DNA from: Phoronis australis
Taxonomy: Eukaryota; Animalia; Phoronida
Reading direction: 5' to 3'
Assembly (NCBI GenBank): GCA_002633005.1
Contig: NMRA01000238.1
Location: 1-64,000 of the forward strand
DNA length: 64,000 nt
The position numbers and the translations under genes were made by a program. Each line of letters starts with the position of its first letter. Positions within the stretch are counted from its first letter, which is position 1. This document shows, one piece after another, positions 28,001-40,000 of the stretch. The notes under the pieces were generated by a model. It saw nothing but the letters and a program-made list of their open reading frames with translations, had not been told where the DNA came from and ran no database searches.

Positions 28001-31000
28001 GGTGGATGAACACAAAACACACCAAATCCAATATCTACATATAGTCAAAGGAAAGGGAAACTTGACAATAGTGCACTAGAGAAGTAAGGGTGTTGTTTTT
28101 GTCTCCTGACTATATTGTTCACCACGATGAGAGCATGAGATAAGGGTAACCTTTAAATGAATTTCTATAGGCCAAACCATTGTATCATTAGTGCTCTTTA
28201 GTGAAAGTCTCCAGGGGATTTCCAGTAAGGCCCCGCAACTAAGAAAAAACCCTGGATGATCTACTGTCAACAGCTGGGCAAACTCAAAAGTGATGAACTA
28301 AAAGTAACTGATTTAATTGGTGTAGCTGAGAGTCTGATTGTAACGAAGACCAAAGGGTTACGCAGGTTTACTCTGCACTGGCTGTCCATTGCTTCTCTAC
28401 CCTCGCACTAGACTTTTAAAGGTATTACAAAAATGTCTAAAGCATCTAAACATTTTTAGCCATTTTCAAAAATTATTAGCCAAACACGTTCTCCCAATCC
28501 CTAGATTACGGCGGGGGTATGCCAGCCACATGGGCATTTCATTGATGTTGACCCAAAATTTGGGCAGTGGTTGCCCCTATACCAGGAAAGAAAATCCTTG
28601 CTGGATGAAGCAGCCAAACATCCAGTGATTTTGCCCAGAAAAAGTCATGTGACAACGTAAGTAATTTGTCACGTTCATGAAAAACTTGCTCATACAGATA
28701 GAAACCATGTGCTGTCATTTGTTCGGCAGAATTTCTGGGTGACCATGGGCCATGCAGCTGTACGCCAGGTCATCGGTCGCTATGTTACGTGTTTATCGAC
28801 TCAGAAGACGGCCAACTTGCCGTACGAATGCACAACAACAGAACCGCGCTTTACATTCACTGGAGTCGACTTGTTCGGGCCATTCAGCGTGACTAAAATG
28901 CTACGGTGTGGTGTTGACCCGTTTTTCGAGCAGAGCAATACACTTGGAGGTAGTTGACTGACAGTTTCCTTGATGCATTGCGGCGATTTCTTGCCAGACG
29001 GGGTGCCATTAGGGTGCTCTACAGTGAGGCGATTTCTTGCCAGACGGGGTGCCATTAGGGTGCTTTACAGTGATGTGCTCTACAGTGATAATGTAACTAA
29101 TTTTGTGTGAGCTGACCATGAATTGAAAGCAGCCTTAATGGAGATGAAAGATGAATGGGTTCAAAGGTATTTGGCGTCTGAAGAATTGATTGGTCCTTCA
29201 ACCCGCCTGCTGCTAGTCATTTTGGTGCCGTGTTGGAAAGACAAATTGGCACTGTGAAAAAGTTTCGTCATCCACACTCCAGTCTTGCGATCGTCTGGAT
29301 AGTGACGTGTTACACACTCTTCTGTGCAAAACTGAAAACATTGTAAATTCTAGGCCTATTAAGTCAATTTCTGACAGTTCCAACGATTGTTCGCCACTTG
29401 CCCCGAATCACATCCTCACTATGAATACCCGTGTTTTGGTACCACCCCCGGGGTGTTACCAGAAGGAGGACGTCTACATGCGCAAAAGATGGAGACGGAT
29501 TGGGTATTTAGTAAATATTTTTTGGTCTCGTTGGCGCACAGTATCTCGCAACCCTTCACTCGTACCAAGTGTAAGTCAGAGGACAAAGAGCTTGTGTGTT
29601 GGAGATTGTCCAAGATAACAGTGCTAACAGAAATGAGTGGCCGATGGGGGATTACTGGGGGCATAAGGATTCGCAGGATATCCTTAACAGCTGCATTGTA
29701 AAGACAGCCACTTCTGTGTTACATCGACCAATTCATAAGTGGATAATTTTGGAGCTGTCAGTTTAACTGATTTGATGTAAACTATTTAGAGGGTTCTTTT
29801 GTTTTTTGTTTTATTTTGCGCTTATGCCTGCAGTTTGTGGATACAGTTTTAGCAGCATCGTTACTTTGCCTTACGGAGGAAGTGATGTTATGGCAGATGC
29901 ATGATTAACTGTTGTTTTGTTAAAAGTTTGTGTAGTTTATATCGTTTTTAATTATCAAAGTGCTCCACTGTTCATGTTGTTGGTAAGCTCTGAGCCCCTC
30001 GTGGCAGGCTTTTTGACATTGCGTTTGAACGCGAGTTTAAAGTCATTTGTATGGTTATGCGATGGGTGAGCCGTTTTATTCTCTGAATATTTGTTTATGT
30101 ATCGCAACAGGGCACACACTATGTACGTAAAATGCCAGTAATGTTCATACTCCGGCAGTTTATTTGTATTTTTGTATCAAATTACCGTTTTTGTAATTTA
30201 CAATTTCCTGTAAATTGTACGGTGCATGTAAATACTTCGAATGACGTATTCTTTGCAGTGTTCGCTTATAGTCTAAGTCGATGATTTTTCTTTGTTCTAG
30301 TTTACTGATGTCGTGATGGTAAAGTTCCATCGGTGTAAAATCCTCTGTTTTGAAATGTCTTCCTGTGCAGCCACACCAATAAAGTCTCCATGAAGACCCT
30401 TTCAGGATCATGTTGCATGTTTGATACATGTGGACAAGATCTCAGTATTTTCTCACTTTTTGATCTTCAAAAAGATTTTTAAAATATTTAAAACCAAAGA
30501 CTTGAGAAGAAAAGAGTAGTCAGAATTTTCTCACAGTAGCCAAACTGCTGTAGAAGTGAAGACTTCTGCTTACAACAATTCTTAAAAACCCATAGCTGAA
30601 TGAGGGCACTGTGAACAGCAATATAAGCAGCTGAATAAGGGCACTCTGAGCAGCAATAGAAGTTTCTGAAAAATCCACACTATTTTTCTGAAAGACACTT
30701 AAGGGTTAGGCAGTTTAACTTCAAAAAATTGAGGTATTTAAGGACTCAAAGTCAAGACTGTGACAGACTATATGTCAACTTGTAACTGATCTGGCACTTC
30801 TTCTGAAGTGGATGCTAATTACACTTTATAATGTTCATAGTGTTCAAATCAACAATTTAATTATTGATAATGTTCATAGTGTTCAAATCTATAATTTATT
30901 TATTAGCACATGTACTTTTAAGAAAGAAACAAATATTTCAACTGCTCAAGTCTAACCCATGAACTTGTTGGAAAGCTCCAAAACACGGGATAAAGCTTTT

Positions 31001-34000
31001 ATCCAAGCGGGCTTGTATCAGATATTCATGCACAGTACGCCAATGAGCTTGTACATTCAATAGATAAACGTCCGATAAGGATTTGCTCTCCTAAACAGCT
31101 TTGCACTAGCTTGCCTAGTGATAGAGCATGAACAAAATGTGTATTTGACATGGAGTGGGAAGCAAGATGGAGTGGTCTTGCATCTCAGCATGTGGATTTA
31201 TACACAAGAATAACCAAAAGAGGGGGTGGGGCTTATACCAAACCGAATACAGTATGCCCTTAAAAAATTAAAGAACAATGGCAGAACCACTTCAGCTTAA
31301 CAAGATAAGGATTGGTTGGCTGGTAACGCACGTACACTGGGACGATTTACCAATAACAACGGATGACAGCGTTGATGTTAGTGAGGATATGGTGAATATG
31401 ACAGGTAAGGAGAATTATGTGCTGTTGTAGACTATCTTAAAGGATATTGACTCCAATACAAACACACAGTTGAGAGTGTAAACCAGGTTTTGTCCGATGT
31501 TACAATTGAAGGACAATCATAGGAAGGAACTTGGAAATCAGGGTTTCAATGAACAAAGACCAAAACACTTCTCAGAGGTTGTAGAGTATCTCACCTGGAT
31601 GGCGTTGGAGCTCTTTCAAACACAATTTGTTCACCACCTGCACAAAGACAAAAGTTAAAAATGGGAACATGGGTAGACAGTTTCAATGACACCAATGTTG
31701 AATGACTGCTAATTTTGGACTTTAAAATGGAACAAAAAGTGTGTGTTTCTTACATCAGAATAAAGTGAGAATACGATTTTTTAAGAACCAGGAAGAAGCA
31801 TATCTCTCATGCCAGTAACTGCATAAGGATTTTGCATTTAGCAAGAGGAGTGTGCCAAACTTTAACTCAGAATGAAACCTTTTTCAAACTAATACGTTCA
31901 AGAGCTACAATATCAATGCATTATAGAGATATGAAATACATATCAATCAAATGGTGGCTGCAACTTATTTGCAGACAGACAAGATATCAACAGACAGACA
32001 AGATATCAAAAGACAGACAAGATATGGACAGACAGACAAAATATCGACAGACAGACATCAACAGACAGACAAGATATCGACAGACAGACAAAATATCAAC
32101 AGACAGACAAGATATCAACAGACAGACAAGATATCAACACATAGACAACATACTGACACACAAACAAGAAAATGACACAAAAACATGATATTGACACACA
32201 GATACATAGACAAAACAATGACACACACAGACAGACATGATATTGACACAGAGACAAGATAGTGACACACAAAAAATATTGACACTGAGAGACGATATTG
32301 ACACAGAGACAGAAACTGAAGTACAAAGATATTGATTAATTTCAATAAAAACTAGATATTTACGATTGATGTTGATCCTGGCAGAGGCCTCCTTAGAACC
32401 GTACGAGTTCTCCGCACGTACTGTATATGTGCCGTTATCTTCACCAATCTTACAGCGGAACACTTTCAGTTCATACATACGGCCGTTGTACTTCATCATA
32501 TGCTTGGCACTCTGCATCAGGGGCGTCATGGCATACGACCTGGCCACAAAGCACAAAGATTTAGTACTTCAGTTTGGGTATAAGGTCAGTCAAAGTACCG
32601 TAGTGAGACGGCCTCATTGTGGATTACTAAATGACGTCCTAAGTAATTTAGATCGCAAGATTGGTAATGTGTTGATTGACATGCCAAATAACTTCAAAAC
32701 TGAAAAATATATGTTTTATTTCCTCATTCCACTGCCACAAATAGACCTTTCCATCCATTCAGATTCTCAGCGATATTATTGCATCTGTATGATGGACTCA
32801 TCATCTTTGGGTCATGATTGACAAAATAACGTCTGTAGTTGACCATGTCAGCTACACTTATCATAGTAAGAGCTACCACCCCAGAAATGTTGGCACCATT
32901 AGGAAATTCAGAACATGCATATGGCTTAAAGTTAAGTTTCCAGCTGTAGTAGTGTTACTCAGCACTGACTACATACCAAGTGATGGTGGGCTCAGAGGCA
33001 GCAATGACATGGCACTTGAGACTAGCCGCTTGACCCTCCGTTACCGTTTGGTCGGAGGGCAGACGGACAAAGCGCGGCACAGCCTCACGACGATCGAAAG
33101 ACGACTCGTACATCTGGAACTCTTTGCCTCGGTTCTTCTTCACACTGCTGAAGTTGGCGATGATGCCGATGGCTGGCATGGGGTCCGGCCAGTCTTTCTG
33201 TAAACATAACAAATATTGTCATTTCTGTAATCATAACAAAAATTGTCTGAGTATTTAATTAACCACAATACTATATGCTAATTTACCACCGGAATTTACG
33301 AAAATACACCCATGGGCATACTTTTGGATTTTTTCCCAAAAATATGCCCATGGGCGTCTGATTTGTTGGGTGTGGAATAACAAAGAAATGTATGCCTGAC
33401 TTCTCTGTTGGGTGTGAATAACAGAGATGTACTGTATGCCCGAGTAATCAGTTGGGTGTGGAATAAACAAAGAAATGAACGTCTGGCTGATCTGTTGGGT
33501 GTGGAATAACAATGTACAACATGTACATGAATGATTTACACAAAAACATCTTCTCCAACTTTTACCTCTTCAAGAAGGTATAAACTAGACCTTCAAATTG
33601 GCATTAAATATTAGAAAAAACCACACGGATTCTAAAACTTGTCAATTAATTGTAAGTGAACACTACCGTTAAGACAGTTGCAGAGAATAAACTTACAAAA
33701 ACAAAATTTGAATAGAAAGTTCTCTGACCATTCAAATACTTCCAGACACCCATGCAATATGAACATAATCATGCCAAAAAGCAAAGCCATAGACTCATGC
33801 AAGCATGCTCATCTTAAGAAAAGCTGCTCAAGAAAAGTCGTTCATTTTCCATCAAAACTTGTTCATCTGAGTCAGCAACTCTAGAAAAAATCAGAATGCA
33901 ACCGTTAAAAATCCCAATTAAACTAAGTGTGCTGCCACTTAGTATAATATAGCTCATTAGAGACTAATAAAGGTCTCAGTGCAATGATTTGTTCAAAATA

Positions 34001-37000
34001 AACCTGCACAATTAAAGGTACATTCAGCTAGGTTTTACTTGTGAACTCTTGTAAGTCAGGGTACAGTAGAGCCTCTAGTGGAGATGGCTGTAAATTACTG
34101 TAGATGCAACAGTAATTGAGCATAGCAAGCATTCCCAGAACAGTAGCAACTAAATCATGCAAGAATGGTACACTTAATCATTTTTTAAAACAAAGTTAAG
34201 TCCCTGATGTGCATTGCTGACTGTCAATGAATTGTTTAACCTGAAAATCACCTTATTCATGCCAAAATGCAGACTGTTTTTCAAGAAGCCTGGATGAGAT
34301 AAAGAAAGTAGCACAAACTAATCACAGAGTGGACAGGAAAATCAGAAAGAAGAACTGTCTAGAGAATTTCATACAAAAAACAGAAGAAGAAAAGACTGAA
34401 AATACAACAGGCAGATGGAAAACCTCGATAGTGTCCAAGAGCTCCTCAGAGACTCGACGTAGCACCCACTCCCGGATACCCTGGAGAACGGTGATACAGG
34501 AAAGTTTTGAGTGTTAATTCCACACAACTATAAAGTATTATCAAAATTATGGTTCCGTACATTAAAATTCAAATCACAATAACCGTGCAGGATATGACAG
34601 ATCAAACTTTTAATCTACCACACTTTTAAAACAAGCTAACGAGTTAAATTATTGCACTCACAGTCTGAATGATAGCACAAAATCTTAAATTTATCTTCAA
34701 CTGTCAAGACAACAAATTATGAGAAAACAAACTGAAAAGAACAAGCTCATGCAAACAATGTGATCATGCTTTAGTATCGGTCAATTTTGTGAACTACGGC
34801 AATCTGCAAGTGCTCTGGAAAATCAGTGGCATACCTAAGATTATCAGCATTCTTGGAAAAAAGGAGAAATTCATTCATTCAAACATCTCAGTTATCTTAG
34901 GAATGGAAGGACAGATTCAAATGAAACGATCGCATGATGCCTACACATGTCTTCATAACACATTCAGGACTTGTTTATAAAATGTTTCATTTTTTATACA
35001 TGGTGGAATCATAATTAGAAAATTTTCGTGGTCTCCTCGAACAAAATCTAAAGCCGCAAAAGGGAAAAATGACAAGAAAATAGTTCAAAAACTGTGATAA
35101 CTTTTTAAAAATTTCGCTGATATTATATAAAAGTTTAATTAGTCGACGTGTAATTGATATCGTTTCTTGGTATGAATTTTTTGTTTTTGAATATAGTTTA
35201 CAAGAAGACATGGTCACGTAACGCAATCAAGGGCAGATAATCCAAAATTGAATGCCACCTTCTTCTCTCAGAAAGTATTATTTTCCCCAGTTTAATAATA
35301 GATATTTGTCAAAAAGTACAAACTTGATGGTGAGATTACTGATAAGCTTATTAAACAGCAAAAAGCCACGTGTCAGAACATACTCTACAAGCCACCAACA
35401 CTAAACTCCTACTAAATAACATTAAAGGCCTTACGTATTTTTCATGAATGCGTTTGCGGATTGTGTCGTATCGGCTGCCAGGGATTCGCTTGTCGTACTG
35501 GGAGTGATCATCCTTCAACCAGGGATGATCAAGAGCTTGGTGAACAGTCATACGACTTCTGCAACATACATATATACATACATACAATACATTACTATAT
35601 GTGTATTCTGTAAACTTTGTGCGACATGCTGAACAATGGCCAGTGTTTCCCGTGTGTAAAAATCTTGGCGGCCCGTTACGCTCCTTTTTGGCCCTGTTGC
35701 TCGTAATCTTGACCAAAATGACTGTCACACACTTAATCCTGACTACAAAACCTCATTACTACGCAAAAATTGCAAGGTAAAAATGAACATGCCTTACACA
35801 AGTTACATGGTTACTGTTGACTTTTGTGGATTGAACAGGAAAAATTATTATAACTTAAAATCGGATTTTGAACTTTCCCCCTTGTCAAACATGACCATTT
35901 TATCCCTTTCCTCACGTTTGCTCAGAGACCTGACCAACATTCGGTTCTGCCTGGTTATCCGACAATGCACAACAGTTGAATACAGACAGGGAACAGGCAA
36001 CAGTCTTTACATTAGTTTTCTAAAATCGCGAAGTGCCAGTGAACACAGATGAAATGGGTGGAGAAACGGTAAATTCCATTTATTTTATTGAGTTCACATT
36101 TTATAAAAGAGGTTGTACAACAATGTGAATTATATTGCAAGAAATAGTCAGTAGTTTAATGTAACAGAGACCAGTTTAGTTACCTCAGTAATCACCAGAA
36201 TGGAATGGATGAGTGAATCAGTAAGCCAACTCATAAACAGTTTACGAGCTGAGTATTGGCTAATCGTTTGCCATGTCAGCTTACACCGATCCAACTGAAT
36301 TACATTCAGCACGAATATAATAAAAATTATTAACTAAGTTTCATTTTACAAATTAGTTAATTAGGTATAAACAGGTTCAAACATTTTTTCGTTCTATGTA
36401 CGTGCTCAGAAGCAGAGAATTCCATTTTAATGAGAAGTCTGAAGTCCTGTCCTGGCATGTCTTCTAAATACAACTTCAATTGGTGATTGAAATATCATTG
36501 CGTCAGCGGTCTCTGCATACGCCAGGGTGGATCCAGGATTTTTGAGTTAGGGGGGAAGCGGGCCTGGCAGAGTATTAGCCAGGATTTTGCCCTTTAGACA
36601 TTCGCACCCCGAAGAATTTTAGGGGGGCATGGCCCCCTTGCCCCCCTAAATCCACCACTGTACACTCAGACCATTCACCACCATGCTCCTTTCAAAACCC
36701 AAGGGAAACACTGAGTGACGATGAAGCAGGGGGTGTACAATTTAGATTTACTTTATGTGTAGACTTTCTCATTTATTAGTCAAAGCAACCCAAGACATAT
36801 TAATTCCAAGACATTTCAAAAAAATAACATATCATGTTTTAAATGCAAATAAGCAACAAGATTGTACAACAAAATGCTTTCTGGTCACTGATATAGATTG
36901 TGACAAAATGACACCTCAACATGATGGGATTCTGCATCACATGCATTTTTCATAAATTCCTTTGTACGTGACCATTCAATAAGACGTGTACCTCATAGTC

Positions 37001-40000
37001 CGATAATAACTAGCATAGGTTAAAATGTTTCATTAGATCAAATTTTGTTGCTTGGATTACCAATAATTCAACTTAATTCATTTGCATAACAGGATTGAAA
37101 ATGTTGCATATTTTAGTCCACCATACTCACCTAGACGTAACATATACTTCAATTTAATACCAATTGAAACAAGCTCAAATTCATACCTCGCACATCCTAT
37201 AAGCATCTAGTTGTCTAGTGTGTTCCGAAATCAAGAATAGAGACATAAATCTTACAGCGGTCATGCAAAAGAACAACATGCGAGAGGTTAATAACGAATA
37301 CACCAGAACTGAAGATTGAGAACATAACGAGCACAAAATCAGAGGGAATTTGAAAAAGAGGTAAGGGTAAATCAAAATGATGCAGCGTTATCACGGAACA
37401 CTTCTTCCGACCAGAAAAAAATAGTACTAACTGAGGTTGAGACACAAATTGAGAGCGAGGTTCCTGATGAAAGAAAGCGAGGTCCTTGATGAAGAAAGCG
37501 AGGTACTTGAAGAAAGCTTTGAATATGCAAATTAATGTAAGGAATCACAGGATTATGTTGACATCAACGAGAAACGACAAAATTGTTAGGCTGAACTTTC
37601 AGTTGTAACAACATGTCACAGACAGACAATTAAGAAGGAGAAATATGAGGTGAGTACCAAAGAGAAACAACAGGGCACCAGGTGGCGCTGATAGATCAGT
37701 GCAGGCACCACACGCACTTAGCCCGCATGCCTCGGGACAATGCTGGCAGTCACTCACTTGACATCGCGTAGCAACAGTTTGCTTATGAAATCACGGGCCA
37801 CGCTGCTGACATTTTGAAATTCCTCCTCGTCAAAAGACCAGTCGCATTTGGCGACATTTTGCAGGGTTTCATAATCGTCGTCACCTCCAAACGGAGACAG
37901 GCCGCTTAATCTAGAAAGCAAATCATAATGACCACTATGTGTGAGTGTGTTTCTATAAACTAAGACTAAACAGAGCTACAGAACACACAATATGGCGGTG
38001 CCACTATGGTACAATCAGCTACACTGTGGGTCTTACGCTGGCTTTTTCAACAATAGCTTGCTGATGAAATCTTTGCCGTTGTCCGAGATGTGGCGGAATG
38101 CATCTGCATCAAACTCCCAGTCGCAGCGTGATACATTCTGCAGGGTGTCATAGTCATCGTCCCCAGCAAATGGTGACAGACCGCTCAATCTATAAGCAGC
38201 ATTAAAATCAAACCAACATGTCCAGGCTTAACACCTCGCGAAACACTGAAACTTAATTATATAATGACAATATGACTGCACAGTCATTCACAATCCATAG
38301 ACCTTAATTAATTCTCAACAATAACAATAACAATGTTTAATTCACAAAAAATCAATAAGTGAACAGAAAAATTCCATATCAATGTGGCTGCTGGATCAAC
38401 ATTTTTCAATTTCTAATACCGAAGAACTACACAGGCAACAACTTACAATACATAAGCCAAAACACCACAGGCCCACATGTCTGTGTAAAAACCAACAGGT
38501 TCCCTATTGGCAATCTCTGGAGCTGCAAACTCGGCTGTTGCAGTGGTCACCTTGACAGGCACCTTGGGATCCAGCTTGGTGGCTAGACCAAAGTCAATAA
38601 TTTTAACTTTGGTACTTTTCTTTGTTTCACAGATGACATTCTCGGGCTAAAATGAAAAAAAAACAATAGTTGAGAGACTGGGCAAAATCACTGACATGTA
38701 CAGATGTAGACTGGACATTCCTTGTTATTGGACCAAACTACGTCATGACACCATCTTCAACTACCACATGCAATGCTCTCACACCTTTCATTCTTGCAAA
38801 TCTGGATGTAACAATTTGTAATTGAAATACAAGGTACACAGAGCAAATAATGTGTTCGACATCGAATCCTTCGAGCTTACTGACATGTCAAAAAGCATGC
38901 AGCTTTATTCAAGTTTAGACAATAATTATTGGGGCCTTATTCAAGATTGCGCACTAAAGCTGCTCAACCTTGCTAGCAACATGACAGATATTTCTACTGC
39001 AATGCACTTGAATGTACCGTACAAGCTATGCTACAAATGTTTGTATCGAGGTTTATTTATGGTATAGTATCCTCTTAACAGACTGCATTCACTAGACTTG
39101 CAAATAGTGAACAGTTAGCAAGTTGCACTTTAAACTCGATGAAGTCACAATCCAAACTGCTTGCATGACCAAGTTTGTTGATACGAAACAGCAAATGAAT
39201 GGTCTACTGCCAGCTACACCACAAGCAATGCCATCAGTTTGCAGCCGCCAAGTCATTACCTTAATGTCAAGATGGACAATACTGTTCTCATGCATGTGAC
39301 GAATACCGTCCAGTATCTGCCTCATGTATTCAATGACTTCCTTCTCAGACATCTTGTAATCTTCGTCAGCGATCCTGTCGAACAGCTCGCCGCCAGCCAA
39401 ACTAGCAACAGGGAAGATAAATGTACTGACCATACAAGTTTCACATGTACTGACCATTCAAGCTTCAAGACAGCTGTGTAAAACAACCATAAGATGAGAA
39501 CAGTAAATATACTTACATCACAATGGATCCAGTCAAAACATACAGGAAAACTATTCAGTAAACAGTAAAAACCCAAATTGTTAAAAATTAGTAGGCACCT
39601 GCATGTAACCCAGCCCATGTCACCAACACCTGAAAGCCACCAAACTCTTTACTCCACTTGAAAATAGTGTGAAAGTTGAAGTTTACTTTAAGTGAGCCAC
39701 ATGACTGCATGATTAATTTTCATGTAGGTTTCTAATAATAAGTTTCCACTGATTGAGTGCAGTTAGTACTTAAAACACAGTTTTCACTGCTTGAGATAAG
39801 TTAAAGAGACTTAAAATACATTTTTACTGCTTGAGTTAAACTAGAAGGATTTAAAATTTAAAGTTTCCACTGCTTGCCGGCCTGCCACTACTTACAACTC
39901 CATGATGACGATCATCTCGTTTTTGTCGTCAAAAGCATCATGAAGATTGATAAGTTTTTGATGATGAAGGTTGTTCATCACTCCGATCTCGTTACGTACC

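Noticed and set aside
31832-32345. Repetitive ORFs (RQTRYQQTDK etc.), also 5828-6037 and 45026-45259
   Set aside because: Translations of micro/minisatellites.
36079-36089. Double AATAAA in the intron after kinase exon B
   Set aside because: Expected by chance in AT-rich DNA and would truncate the kinase fold; no supporting terminal exon.
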